A stretch of 63,967 nucleotides of DNA, filler included, from Octopus bimaculoides (taxonomy: Eukaryota), in the NCBI RefSeq assembly GCF_001194135.2. It is 9 parts of 9 records of this genome, joined end to end, with 100 filler letters (N's around TTAATTAATTAA, not from the genome) between each part and the next. Parts side by side here need not be neighbours in the genome. Positions count along the whole stretch, not along the records: positions 1 to 28,292 come from NC_068992.1; 8 more parts are not named here. One strand, 5' to 3'. Below the pieces are notes generated by a model that was not told the DNA's origin, did not search any database, and saw nothing but the letters and a program-made list of their open reading frames with translations. Every line of letters begins with the position of its first letter. The first letter of the stretch is position 1. Made by a program: the position numbers and the translations under genes. This document shows, in pieces, positions 1 through 13,069 of the stretch.

Positions 1-73
1 GCGACGGTGGGAGGACAAATATAGAAACACAAATATACATATACATACATACATGCATACATACATACATACA

Positions 74-106
<33 letters not shown>

Positions 107-475
107 GCATACATACATACATACATATGTATATAAATGTATATACGACGAGCTGCTTTCTGTTTCCGCCTACCAAATCCTCTCACAAGGCTTTGATCGG
201 CCCGAAGCTATAGTAGAAGACACTTGCCCAAGGTCCCACCCAGTGGGACTGAAGCCGGAGCATGCAGTTGAGAAGCAAGCTTCTTACCACACAGTCACAC
301 CTACGCCTATTAGTAATTTTCATCAGCTAAATTCACTCACAAGGTGCTGGTCGGCTCGAAATTGTAACAGAAGACCCTTGCCAAAGGTCCCATATATTGG
401 GACTGAGCCTGAAACGATGTGGTTGGAAAGCAAACATCTTACCTCATAAATATGTAAGTATATATTCACCTATAT

Positions 476-544
<69 letters not shown>

Positions 545-1322
545 TGTGTATGTGTGTGTGTGTCTCTGTGGTGTGTTGTGTGTACGTTTGGATGTATCGA
601 TGGATGGATGGATGGATCGATGGATAAACGTACAATCAATATTTTACCTTTTCCAAACCAATTAAGATTAAAAAAAACAAACAAACAAACCATAAATGTA
701 ATATCAAAGTCAGGGCGGTGTTCAACACAAGAAGGTAGAGTCACGAAGTCCAATGCCCTGTCTGTGTTGACCTAGTCACGCCCCTTTGTGTAATAGATTC
801 AATTCCATGCTTAAGACCACTTAACATTTCATCGTGCAGAGATCGATAAAGAGGGAGGAGTGTAAGAGTGGAGTGCGTTGGTATAATCCAGTGACGTCAC
901 CGCACTAAATGTCTGACCTTGTGCTTATTTTGAAAATCGATGTTTTATACATATGTTAATAAACAAACATCCATAAATGCGCTCACGCAAATTAAATAAT
1001 CTAACAATGGGAAAAATACAAAACTAACTTCAAAACGTTATCCATAGATTGACTACTGATAGTACTAATATCCAAACAGAAGAAAGATAAGAATAATTAT
1101 CCTTTCTATTATAAGCACAAGGCCTGAAATTGTATGGAGGGGGCACTAGTTGTTTGTATCGACCCCAGTGTTTCACTGGTACTTATTTTCTCGACCCCGA
1201 AAGAATAAAAGGCAAAGTTGACCTCGGCTGAATTCGAACTCAGAACGTGAAGGCAGACGAAATACCGCTAAGCATTTCCCCCGACGTGCTAACGATTCTG
1301 CCAGTTCACCGCCTTCTTAATA

Positions 1323-1361
<39 letters not shown>

Positions 1362-1639
1362 GTTGCAAATTTTGGCACAGGGCCAGCAATTTCGGTGGAA
1401 GATGGGTAAGTCGACCTTAGTTCTCAACTGATACTTATCTTATTTTATCGACCCCGAAAGAATGAAAGGCAAAGGCGACCCCTGTGGAATTTGAACTCAG
1501 AACGTAAAGACCAGAACTGCAGTGAAGCATTTTGCCTGGCGCGGTAACGATTCTGCTACTCGCCACCCAAATATAATATGATTATAGGGGGCAAAGTAAA
1601 CGGTGTAAGAACATAGATTTTGCAATTCCCTATAATGGT

Positions 1640-2075
1640 CGGTCATGGCACTCCGTCGGTTGCGACGACGAGGGTTCCAGTTGATCCGATCAATGGAACA
1701 GCCAGCTCGTGAAATTAACGTGCAAGTGGCTGAGCACTCCACAGACACGTGTACCCTTNNNNNNNNNNCGTGAAATTAACGTGCAAGTGGCTGAGCACTC
1801 CACAGACACGTGTACCCTTAAAGTAGCTCTCGGGGAGATTCAGCGGGACACAGAGTGTGACAAGGCTGGCCCTTTGAAATACAGAAACAACAGAAACAGG
1901 AAGAAAGAGCGAGAGAAAGTTGTAATGAAAGAGTACAGCAGGGTTCGCAACCAAACCCTGCCAGGAGCTTTAGGTGTTTTCGCTCAATAAACACTCACAA
2001 CACCCGGTCTGGGAATCGAAACCGCGATCCTACAACCGCGAGTCCGCTGCCCTAACCACTGGGTCATTGCGTCTC
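1640..2075 (-). mobile_element. tRNA-derived SINE (long family, OR-like)
   Basis: Head reads CCCAGTGGTTAGGGCAGCGGACTCGCGGTTGTAGGATCGCGGTTTCGATTCCC with A and B boxes; the body matches 54690-55054. Confidence 0.8.
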
Positions 2076-2079
2076 CACT

Positions 2080-2340
2080 CTCTATGATAGCAGAGACAAT
2101 ACCAAAGTAATTGAGACAACTGGGAAATATCAGGATCTAGCCAGAGAGCACAGGAGACTGGAAAACTAAGACAACGATTGTTCCTGCAGGAATTGGTTGC
2201 GCTTGGCACAACACCCAAAAGACTGAAAGATACTAGAAGTGAATTTTGCATTGTCGGACTGAGGAAAAATACCATATTATATCCTGCAAGAACCCTAAGA
2301 AGAATTCTTGAGATTTAAGGAGACTTTTTGCCACCAAGCC
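2080..2340 (+). mobile_element. Degenerate 3' end of an RLE-type (R4/Dong-like) non-LTR retrotransposon
   Basis: Frameshifted GKYQDLARE...WKTKTTIVP...RTLRRILEI* resembles the C-terminus of restriction-like-endonuclease LINEs. Confidence 0.65.
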
Positions 2341-2404
2341 TCATAATAAAATCTCAGCTAATTAAATTAGCCTGTCTTTGCTCAGTAATAATAATAATAA
2401 TAAT

Positions 2405-2697
2405 AAGGTCACAGAAAACGAGAAAGCAACCATACTCTGGGATATGCCAATACACACAGATAGAGAAATTAAGGAAAATAGACCAGATATAGTTGTCAAA
2501 GATCATGAAGGAAAAAAATGCTTTCTAATTGATGTATCAATACCAGCAGATGACAACGTTTCCCTAAAAGAAATGGAAAAACTTTCAAAATACAAAGACC
2601 TGGAAGTAGAGGTAACTCGAATGTGGAATCTAAAAACAGAAACAATTCCTATCATAGTAGGTGCCTTAAGTATAATAAAAAAATATTCAGACAAATA
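2405..2697 (+). mobile_element. RLE endonuclease fragment of an R4/Dong-like non-LTR retrotransposon
   Basis: Open frame KATILWDMPIHTDREIKENRPDIVVKDHEGKKCFLIDVSIPADDNVSLKEMEKLSKYKDLEVEVTRMWNLKTETIPIIVGALS carries the RPD...D..KY RLE motif; runs into a gap. Confidence 0.85.
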
Positions 2698-3342
2698 NNN
2701 NNNNNNNNNNNNNNNNNNNNNNNNNNNNNNNNNNNNNNNNNNNNNNNNNNNNNNNNNNNNNNNNNNNNNNNNNNNNNNNNNNNNNNNNNNNNNNNNNNNN
2801 NNNNNNNNNNNNNNNNNNNNNNNNNNNNNNNNNNNNNNNNNNNNNNNNNNNNNNNNNNNNNNNNNNNNNNNNNNNNNNNNNNNNNNNNNNNNNNNNNNNN
2901 NNNNNNNNNNNNNNNNNNNNNNNNNNNNNNNNNNNNNNNNNNNNNNNNNNNNNNNNNNNNNNNNNNNNNNNNNNNNNNNNNNNNNNNNNNNNNNNNNNNN
3001 NNNNNNNNNNNNNNNNNNNNNNNNNNNNNNNNNNNNNNNNNNNNNNNNNNNNNNNNNNNNNNNNNNNNNNNNNNNNNNNNNNNNNNNNNNNNNNNNNNNN
3101 NNNNNNNNNNNNNNNNNNNNNNNNNNNNNNNNNNNNNNNNNNNNNNNNNNNNNNNNNNNNNNNNNNNNNNNNNNNNNNNNNNNNNNNNNNNNNNNNNNNN
3201 NNNNNNNNNNNNNNNNNNNNNNNNNNNNNNNNNNNNNNNNNNNNNNNNNNNNNNNNNNNNNNNNNNNNNNNNNNNNNNNNNNNNNNNNNNNNNNNNNNNN
3301 NNNNNNNNNNNNNNNNNNNNNNNNNNNNNNNNNNNNNNNNNN

Positions 3343-3387
<45 letters not shown>

Positions 3388-3521
3388 AACCCAGATTCGA
3401 AATTTCCCCAAGACACCTGATGAAGACTGGAGGGTATATCAGCCGAAACGTTGTGTTAACAACAAACAAAATGAGGGCAAATATCTGCCAAATATAAATA
3501 ATGTAAATAATGTAAATAATG
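3343..3521 (+). mobile_element. 3' part of the hammerhead-bearing element
   Basis: (AAT)n followed by GAGAACCCAGATTCGAAATTTCCCCAAGACACCTGATGAAG...; the tail ends in tandem TGTAAATAA. Confidence 0.65.
3412..3457 (+). ncRNA. Minimal type I hammerhead ribozyme motif (Penelope-type)
   Basis: GACAC-CTGATGA-A-GACTG(loop)CAGCC-GAAAC-GTT-GTGTT: stem I GACAC/GTGTT, both catalytic boxes, stem II with one mismatch, helix III reduced to palindromic ACGT. Confidence 0.7.
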
Positions 3522-3529
3522 AACTGTAT

Positions 3530-3930
3530 TTCACAAATAAAACAACCAGATCAACCTATAATTGCCCCATTTTTCTTCAACGCCCTCCTGGATATTTCTA
3601 CCCCCCCAGGAAGACAGTACTGCACCCCCTGAGAACAACTGGTTTAATCAAAGAGGAAAGTTGTCAATATCCACCCTACAGGTGCTCGAAGCGGACCTCT
3701 TCCTTCGGGCCGTGCTGACCATTCTCATCCACCTCTCAACAAATTTGTTGCAAGGCAGCACTTCCCTCTCGACCTGTATTTTCCTTTTCAAGTGGAAGTT
3801 GGAAATTTTGATGAGGGCTTGGCCAAAGAATAAAATGTCGGTCTTCAGCCCTTTCAATCTGGCCCATTATATATAACCTCTTTCACCGAGGCCGCCAAAC
3901 AGATAAAAACTTCCTACCCTTCTCGGCCAA
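3530..3930 (-). mobile_element. 3' fragment of a Tx1/L1-like LINE ORF2
   Basis: FICLAASVKEVI... frameshift ...LKGLKTDILFFGQALIKISNFHLKRKIQVEREVL...FVERWMRMV resembles the C-terminus of Tx1-type ORF2. Confidence 0.6.
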
Positions 3931-4334
3931 AAGGCGATGATCTTCACAACGGAGCTATCAGATAGTCAGACTCGTTCTACACGTGATAGAAGTTGTTCGA
4001 CAACAGTAATGGCTATGATAAACTGGTCGATTGTTTATAATTAATCATAGTATTATTGTGCTAGTCACGATATGTTTGATATGTTAGGCTTAACTATGGA
4101 CCGACGACGAAGACACAAAAGAAATTTTTAACGTGATCAAGCAAGTTTGAGTGTTACACATTAGGACAACTTTAACTATGGAATAAAATTGAAGTCATAT
4201 TCAGAATCGTTAACTTAATCATACGATTTTGTGAAAATCTATAAATACAAGCACGAAAAATAGAAATAAACATGTTTATGAAACGTGAAATATCAACGGA
4301 GCATGCAAACGGAATACGTAGGCGTGTCAGTATA

Positions 4335-4368
<34 letters not shown>

Positions 4369-7300
4369 NNNNNNNNNNNNNNNNNNNNNNNNNNNNNNNN
4401 NNNNNNNNNNNNNNNNNNNNNNNNNNNNNNNNNNNNNNNNNNNNNNNNNNNNNNNNNNNNNNNNNNNNNNNNNNNNNNNNNNNNNNNNNNNNNNNNNNNN
4501 NNNNNNNNNNNNNNNNNNNNNNNNNNNNNNNNNNNNNNNNNNNNNNNNNNNNNNNNNNNNNNNNNNNNNNNNNNNNNNNNNNNNNNNNNNNNNNNNNNNN
4601 NNNNNNNNNNNNNNNNNNNNNNNNNNNNNNNNNNNNNNNNNNNNNNNNNNNNNNNNNNNNNNNNNNNNNNNNNNNNNNNNNNNNNNNNNNNNNNNNNNNN
4701 NNNNNNNNNNNNNNNNNNNNNNNNNNNNNNNNNNNNNNNNNNNNNNNNNNNNNNNNNNNNNNNNNNNNNNNNNNNNNNNNNNNNNGTGTGGTGCATATGT
4801 TCCTTATGGATTCGAAAACTGAGTTGTCGATTTTGGCGTATGAGGTATCAAAAGATTCAGTAATCTTTCCGTTACCAAATAAAGTATGTTTTTTTGCACA
4901 ATTCTTTTTTACTACCAAAATGACCTCGAAAACGAGGTCGGATCGCACAATTTTTAGGTCATTTTCGGTCAATATTTGGGTTTGCTTCTAATTTATGTTG
5001 CCAATTTTAATGTTTTCAGTGTCAAAAAAAAAGCAGCAATGTGCAAGTAGTGCTATGAGTGCATTTGTGACGCATAAAACTCTATTTGTCAACGGAAAAT
5101 TACCAAAAATCATACATTTTTTGGTATAATTATTGGCACATTTTCCGCCATTAATGGCGTTTGTACCACAAGTAAACTGCCAATGTGAACGTCTTCAGTA
5201 TTCCATGATTAAACAATGTCTTTGAAGTATTGTGATACTATTTCTTTGCACAAAGCTCTATTTTTCAACAGAAAATTAACTAATTAACAGTTTCTCGCAT
5301 AATTGTGATCGCTTCTGGCATTACTACAGAAAACAATTTGTCCATGTAGATTTTCTTGGTAGAAGACGACTCAGGAGTGCCAAAAGAGCGTTCTCAGGTT
5401 TAAATTCAATGAAATTTTCCCAAAGTTTAAGCACAATAAATCCTATATTCGTTCAAGTGTGGTAAAGGCGTGAAGCAAGGGCCAAAACCTTTCGGCTATT
5501 CTCAAGAAGCACAGCGTCCCTATACATTTATGCCAAACTGCCCCCATCACTAACACTGTTCACTCGTATCCTTATATATGTACATATACATACAGCCCAA
5601 AAGTCCCTTCTTTATTCTGTTGGCCTCAACATTGATATAAACTGATACCAAATATGCTTGCAGAAAACTATAATACTTTTGAAGATCGCCTTTTCTTTGG
5701 GGAAGCTAATGTATATGTGTGTGGTTCAGTTATCAAGAAATATTATGGGACGGGTAAGAACTATTTCAGCTTCTACGTTACCCGATTTGTAGCCATGAAA
5801 ATGAGTTGCTAATATTACTGTATCAGAAGATGGTAAGCCGGCAGAAACATTAGCGCGCCGGGCGAAATGTTTAGCAGTATTTCCTCTGTCTTTACGTTGT
5901 GAGTTCAAATCCCTCCAAGGTCGACTTTGCCTTTCGTTCTTTCAGGGTCGATAAATTAAGTACCAGTTGCTTACTGGGGCTGATCTAATCGACTGCCCCC
6001 TCCCCAAAAATTTTGGGCCTTGTGCCTAGAGAAGAAAAGAATATTGCTGTATCAGATATCAAAGACATTGAGCAATCTTTCGGCTACCAGTGTAAAGTAA
6101 GTTTTTGGCACAGCAACGCTATTTTACTACAAAATTTAACACCGAAATGAGGCCGGGCTGCACAATTTTTAGGTCATTTTGCGGGCAATGTTAGGATTTC
6201 ATTCTAATCTAAGCTGTCATTGTACATGTCTTTGGCGTCAAGANNNNNNNNNNNNNNNNNNNNNNNNNNNNNNNNNNNNNNNNNNNNNNNNNNNNNNNNN
6301 NNNNNNNNNNNNNNNNNNNNNNNNNNNNNNNNNNNNNNNNNNNNNNNNNNNNNNNNNNNNNNNNNNNNNNNNNNNNNNNNNNNNNNNNNNNNNNNNNNNN
6401 NNNNNNNNNNNNNNNNNNNNNNNNNNNNNNNNNNNNNNNNNNNNNNNNNNNNNNNNNNNNNNNNNNNNNNNNNNNNNNNNNNNNNNNNNNNNNNNNNNNN
6501 NNNNNNNNNNNNNNNNNNNNNNNNNNNNNNNNNNNNNNNNNNNNNNNNNNNNNNNNNNNNNNNNNNNNNNNNNNNNNNNNNNNNNNNNNNNNNNNNNNNN
6601 NNNNNNNNNNNNNNNNNNNNNNNNNNNNNNNNNNNNNNNNNNNNNNNNNNNNNNNNNNNNNNNNNNNNNNNNNNNNNNNNNNNNNNNNNNNNNNNNNNNN
6701 NNNNNNNNNNNNNNNNNNNNNNNNNNNNNNNNNNNNNNNNNNNNNNNNNNNNNNNNNNNNNNNNNNNNNNNNNNNNNNNNNNNNNNNNNNNNNNNNNNNN
6801 NNNNNNNNNNNNNNNNNNNNNATATATGCATACATATATATATACACGCACACACACAAGGTGATTGGAAAGTAATTCACTATTTTAAAATACTTATAAA
6901 TTATTTCTTAATTGTTATTTTTTTCTCAAATTTTTGTTTTTGGTTTTTGCAGTAAAAATAAAACCTTATACTAAAAGCTTTCTTCCCCTATCCATTTTCT
7001 TTCTGGAAAAATTACAATTAATAACTTACAAGTATTTTAAAATAGAGCGCTACTTTTCAGTCACCCTGTACGTGTATGTTTGTGTGTGTGTTTACGAATC
7101 TTAGAAAGTACCTCTCTCTGGTTGTTCGACTTGTTAGAAATAGCTGTCAGATCTCCATCAAGTCACAGGAAGAACACATTGAATAATGCTACATGTGTGA
7201 GAATACGTGAGTAAAAACAGCACTAGGTTGTCACGTTAGGAACGGCTGTGATCGAATATGATCTTGATAAGAAGTGACCTGGGTCTAAACATTAATAATC

Positions 7301-7686
7301 CTTTTTACTAAAGGCACTAGGCCTGAAATTTGGTGGGAAGGGACTAATCGATTACATTGCCACCAGTGTTTCACTGGTACTTCATTTATCGACCTCGGAA
7401 AGATGAAAGGCTAAGTCGACCTCGATGGAATTTGAACTCGCTACGTAAAAACCAACGAAATACCGTTAAGCACTTCGCCTGGCGTGCTATCGATTCTGCC
7501 AGCTTGCCGTCTGAACATTTATAGAAACTACAAGAACAATGACTTTAGAAAGGGCAGAAACGTGGCGGTAAAGATCTGGTTGAAGCAAGAACCATTCCAC
7601 TACAAACTTGATCTCGAGACAACGGAAGACGAGGAATTTGCATAAACTGTAGAGCGTTGCATGAAATGCCTTGCGGTATGCAGTTT

Positions 7687-7845
7687 CATTATTTACATTG
7701 GACGGTTATGTGTCCTCATCTTATTTGTTGTTAACACAACGTTTCGGCTGATTTACTCTCCAACCTTCATCTAGTGTCCTAGTAGAATTTTGAACCAACT
7801 CTGGGTTCTCATACCTAAGGTATTTTTTAGCTGATATCATCATCA

Positions 7846-7877
<32 letters not shown>

Positions 7878-7970
7878 TATTCAAGGCACTGCCTGGAATT
7901 GAACTCGCAATCTTGGGGTTGTAACGTAAATAATGTACAGAATTCCTCATCTCAGAAATATAGAACAGTA
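7687..7970 (-). mobile_element. Second copy of the hammerhead-bearing element
   Basis: B-box-like GAGTTCAATTCC, (AAT)n, hammerhead region and the same tail; an inverted tail segment GTAAATAATGTACAGAATTCCTCATCTC sits at 7926 onward. Confidence 0.6.
7733..7778 (-). ncRNA. Degenerate hammerhead ribozyme motif
   Basis: Reverse complement reads GACAC-TAGATGA-A-GGTTG(loop)CAGCC-GAAAC-GTT-GTGTT; the CUGAUGA box is mutated to UAGAUGA. Confidence 0.5.
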
Positions 7971-8204
7971 TACACTTTCTGCCCTTTTTCTATGATGCCA
8001 GTTTCGACTTTCATGGATTCTAAGAGTGGACAAAATAAAGTACCAGTAAAATAATGGGGTTGATATAATTAACTGTACCCTTTTCCCATCTTTAAGACTT
8101 TTTCCAGAGTTAGAAAACAAAACTGAACAATGTAGGTATATCAAATACCGTACAACATAAAATTTTTGGTTTATTAAAATTATCTCAGCCTGTAGAGAGT
8201 GTGG

Positions 8205-8640
8205 CAGGAGATGAGCTGGCAGAATGGTTAGCATGCCGGGAGAAAATGCTTAGCGGCATTTCGTGCATCTTTACGTTCTAGGTTCAAATTCCACCAAGGT
8301 CGACTTTGGCTTTTATACTTTCGGAGTCGAGAAAAAGTACCCGTTGAGTACTGGGGGTCGGTGTCACCGATGTACTCCCTTCCCCGAAATTACTGGCCTT
8401 GTGCCAAAATATGAAACCAATATTTATTCCGGCTAAGGCAGTGAGCTGGCAGAATCGCTAGCATGGCGTGTGAAATGCTTAGCGGCATTTCGTCCTTCTG
8501 AGTTCAAATTCCACCGAGATCGACTTTGCCTTTTATTATTTCGAGGTCAATGAAATAAGAACCAGTTGCATCCTGGGATTGATGTAATCGACTTGCCTCC
8601 TCCTAGCAAATATCAGGCTTTGTGCCTATTGCAGAAAGGA
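8205..8640 (+). mobile_element. Two tandem copies of SINE family C (also about 1095-1315, 1355-1565, 5830-6040, 7300-7510, 35433-35620, 39895-40070, 47115-47320, 48495-48710)
   Basis: GAGCTGGCAGAATCGTTAGCA...GAGTTCAAATTCCACCGAGGTCGACTTTGCCTTT...AAGTACCAG...GGGGTCGATGTAATCGACT...GCCTTGTGCC. Confidence 0.8.
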
Positions 8641-9536
8641 TAATTACCAACGGTAATTCAGAGCAGTTCTATTTGAGAAGTGAAGATAAACTCAAGAGTC
8701 AAGATTTCTCCAGAAAGTGACATACCATTAAGGAAAAGGACAGAATTATCGTCTGGAGATAAGAGGTCACGTGTTTCTGCCTCAATAACCGTCACCATCA
8801 ATACAACTATCCAACATTGTTTCCATTAGACATGGGGCTTCTTACGGAAAAAGAGCAGAACTCATTTATGGTCAGGGTAATTTGCATAATTAAAACAAAA
8901 ATGAGTTTTAAGAAATATTTCCGAGCAGCCAGGAGCATGGATTTGGACAAAATAGATAAATACACGTAAACCAAAATGCCATACAACATAAATTCTCGAT
9001 GTAATTAAAATTTATCTCCGCTTCGAGAGGATGTGTTACAGTTACGAAATAGCAACGAAGACCAGTTACATATGAGAAGTTGATGTAATTGGACATTAAT
9101 ACAAGAATATGATTAAAAGCTTCCGGAATGAGACTAGATCTCCTAAATTCCATCCTGAAGAATTTTATTTCTATAATTGTTGTCTGGCCAATCAATTAAC
9201 ATCTTTTAGTTGAAAAAGAAAACAGAAAAGAAAAAGCAAAGGAAACATCAAAACGGAAGGAAAAAATATTGACTCATTGCATCTTAAGATTGAACTTGTG
9301 ACTTCAAATTACTAACAAATGTCGAGGTTGTAGTGTTACGAGAGGATATGGAACTCAAAGCAGTAAAAATAAATAAATATATAAATAAATAAATAAGTAA
9401 ATAAATAAATAAGCAAAACCATTTATTGTTTGAAGTGTTTTCTGATTCTGTCGACTCCTCCCTGTCATATGCAACAGACATGGGTTTTACAAATATGTTA
9501 CATATACAAACCTGTGTACGCAAGTTTGTAAAAGGC

Positions 9537-9611
<75 letters not shown>

Positions 9612-10561
9612 NNNNNNNNNNNNNNNNNNNNNNNNNNNNNNNNNNNNNNNNNNNNNNNNNNNNNNNNNNNNNNNNNNNNNNNNNNNNNNNNNNNNNNNNN
9701 NNNNNNNNNNNNNNNNNNNNNNNNNNNNNNNNNNNNNNNNNNNNNNNNNNNNNNNNNNNNNNNNNNNNNNNNNNNNNNNNNNNNNNNNNNNNNNNNNNNN
9801 NNNNNNNNNNNNNNNNNNNNNNNNNNNNNNNNNNNNNNNNNNNNNNNNNNNNNNNNNNNNNNNNNNNNNNNNNNNNNNNNNNNNNNNNNNNNNNNNNNNN
9901 NNNNNNNNNNNNNNNNNNNNNNNNNNNNNNNNNNNNNNNNNNNNNNNNNNNNNNNNNNNNNNNNNNNNNNNNNNNNNNNNNNNNNNNNNNNNNNNNNNNN
10001 NNNNNNNNNNNNNNNNNNNNNNNNNNNNNNNNNNNNNNNNNNNNNNNNNNNNNNNNNNNNNNNNNNNNNNNNNNNNNNNNNNNNNNNNNNNNNNNNNNNN
10101 NNNNNNNNNNNNNNNNNNNNNNNNNNNNNNNNNNNNNNNNNNNNNNNNNNNNNNNNNNNNNNNNNNNNNNNNNNNNNNNNNNNNNNNNNNNNNNNNNNNN
10201 NNNNNNNNNNNNNNNNNNNNNNNNNNNNNNNNNNNNNNNNNNNNNNNNNNNNNNNNNNNNNNNNNNNNNNNNNNNNNNNNNNNNNNNNNNNNNNNNNNNN
10301 NNNNNNNNNNNNNNNNNNNNNNNNNNNNNNNNNNNNNNNNNNNNNNNNNNNNNNNNNNNNNNNNNNNNNNNNNNNNNNNNNNNNNNNNNNNNNNNNNNNN
10401 NNNNNNNNNNNNNNNNNNNNNNNNNNNNNNNNNNNNNNNNNNNNNNNNNNNNNNNNNNNNNNNNNNNNNNNNNNNNNNNNNNNNNNNNNNNNNNNNNNNN
10501 NNNNNNNNNNNNNNNNNNNNNNNNNNNNNNNNNNNNNNNNNNNNNNNNNNNNNNNNNNNNN

Positions 10562-10592
<31 letters not shown>

Positions 10593-11355
10593 AATTTAAG
10601 GATTGGAGAAAACGCATGTTATAATTGCATACTTTATTCCTACATATGTTTCAAAGGATTACACACACACATGCATACGTGTATTCATATACATGACAGA
10701 GAAAGAGGGAGATATTCATGTCACGTATACAAGTATGCGTGTTAAGTATGAACACACACACACACACACACACAAACACAGATGATGACACTTCCGTCGA
10801 TTTCAAGGACGAGCATTCCGTTGTTAGTCAAATTCAACTCGTGCTCTACAAACGTGTATACGGCTGAATCTAGTCACACGGTCCACTTACCTGTAAAGTT
10901 TTCCTCGCAGAGAATCAACGAGACACGAGATTTGACATTCATTCTTTCAAGGGTCGGGTTTAGCTGGAACTATAAGAAAAGAAACACTTGCTCAAGATGC
11001 CGCGCATTGGAAACGAGCCCCGGATTTTATTGGTACAAATGCACTTCTTAACTATCGAGTCATGTCTTCCGATAAATAGCATGGGTGTAAAAATATGTGT
11101 ACGTATACATATATTTATATATGTGTGCATACATGTGTATATGTATACACACACACACACACACACACATACTCGTAAATACGAATGTGCATGTTCATAT
11201 ACAAGCTTGTGTATACATATATATACACGAAATATACATACATATGTACACACATATAGTTATCTATCTACTTATATCTACATGTGTGTGTGTTTGTGTG
11301 TGTGTGTGTGCACATACATTCTTTATACAGACATTTATAGGTATCTATCTATCTA

Positions 11356-11410
<55 letters not shown>

Positions 11411-12573
11411 NNNNNNNNNNNNNNNNNNNNNNNNNNNNNNNNNNNNNNNNNNNNNNNNNNNNNNNNNNNNNNNNNNNNNNNNNNNNNNNNNNNNNNNNNN
11501 NNNNNNNNNNNNNNNNNNNNNNNNNNNNNNNNNNNNNNNNNNNNNNNNNNNNNNNNNNNNNNNNNNNNNNNNNNNNNNNNNNNNNNNNNNNNNNNNNNNN
11601 NNNNNNNNNNNNNNNNNNNNNNNNNNNNNNNNNNNNNNNNNNNNNNNNNNNNNNNNNNNNNNNNNNNNNNNNNNNNNNNNNNNNNNNNNNNNNNNNNNNN
11701 NNNNNNNNNNNNNNNNNNNNNNNNNNNNNNNNNNNNNNNNNNNNNNNNNNNNNNNNNNNNNNNNNNNNNNNNNNNNNNNNNNNNNNNNNNNNNNNNNNNN
11801 NNNNNNNNNNNNNNNNNNNNNNNNNNNNNNNNNNNNNNNNNNNNNNNNNNNNNNNNNNNNNNNNNNNNNNNNNNNNNNNNNNNNNNNNNNNNNNNNNNNN
11901 NNNNNNNNNNNNNNNNNNNNNNNNNNNNNNNNNNNNNNNNNNNNNNNNNNNNNNNNNNNNNNNNNNNNNNNNNNNNNNNNNNNNNNNNNNNNNNNNNNNN
12001 NNNNNNNNNNNNNNNNNNNNNNNNNNNNNNNNNNNNNNNNNNNNNNNNNNNNNNNNNNNNNNNNNNNNNNNNNNNNNNNNNNNNNNNNNNNNNNNNNNNN
12101 NNNNNNNNNNNNNNNNNNNNNNNNNNNNNNNNNNNNNNNNNNNNNNNNNNNNNNNNNNNNNNNNNNNNNNNNNNNNNNNNNNNNNNNNNNNNNNNNNNNN
12201 NNNNNNNNNNNNNNNNNNNNNNNNNNNNNNNNNNNNNNNNNNNNNNNNNNNNNNNNNNNNNNNNNNNNNNNNNNNNNNNNNNNNNNNNNNNNNNNNNNNN
12301 NNNNNNNNNNNNNNNNNNNNNNNNNNNNNNNNNNNNNNNNNNNNNNNNNNNNNNNNNNNNNNNNNNNNNNNNNNNNNNNNGGAGGAGGAGGAGGAGGAGG
12401 AGGAGGATAATGACGCTGGCGGCATTGGCGGCGAAGATGATGGAAAATTTTGGTTTGTCAGCGTTGAATTTATGTTTTATGATCAACAAATCGGTGGTTT
12501 GGGACCTTTCATAATCGATAGTAGCACACACACACACATATACACACACACACATACACACACACACACACAT

Positions 12574-12604
<31 letters not shown>

Positions 12605-12829
12605 CACACACACATACAATATACACAGTGCGTGAGTGTAACAATATATGTATGTATCCATGCGTGTATGTATGCATGCATGTATGTATGTATGTATGTA
12701 TGTATGTATGCATGTATGTATGTATTTGTGTGTTTGTATGTATTGGCTGAAATTCCTTGAGTCTGGATTCTGTGCTTGCTTTGGAATTTATCAAGATAAC
12801 TGAAGGAAACAGCGTGAACATATATTCTT

Positions 12830-13030
12830 TTATTCTTTTACTTGTTTCAGTCATTTGACTGCGGCCATGCAGGAGCACCGCCTTTAGTCGAGCAAACCGA
12901 CCCCAGGACTTATTCTTTGTAAGCCTAGTACTTATTCTATCGGTCTCTATTGCCGAACCGCTAAGTTACGGGGACGTAAACACACCAGTATCGGTTGTCA
13001 AGCGATGTTGAGAGGACAAAACACAGACAA
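12830..13030. mobile_element. Dispersed repeat family B (also about 16391-16580, 52290-52440, 55800-55965, 63440-63660)
   Basis: TTACTTGTTTCAGTCATTTGACTGCGGCCATGC...CCTTTAGTCGAGCAAA.CGACCCCAGGACTTATTCTTTGTAAGCCTAGTACTTATTCTATCGG is shared by all copies. Confidence 0.75.
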
Positions 13031-13069
13031 ACAAACATATACACACACATACATATATACACACATATA

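Noticed and set aside
105-449. 114 aa ORF, and similar ...LPKVP...GTEP...WL.SKLLT ORFs at 12995, 16710, 38618 and 57405
   Set aside because: Antisense readings of SINE family A; the recurrence reflects the repeat, not a protein family.
1708-1819. Exact 51 bp direct repeat either side of 10 N
   Set aside because: Typical unmerged contig overlap within a SINE; most likely an assembly artefact.
8650-9360. Coding-looking stretch with several 60-95 codon frames on both strands
   Set aside because: No recognisable motif or consistent frame; probably a decayed element, but not assignable without a search.
9426-12681. Long ORFs of 300-500 aa in the ORF track, and similar ones at 2.4-3.7, 4.2-5.0, 6.2-7.0, 21.5-22.2, 26.7-27.5, 49.4-50.6, 52.4-53.1 and 55.0-55.6 kb
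   Set aside because: They consist of X from N gaps plus dinucleotide repeats translating to HT, CV or YI runs; not genes.
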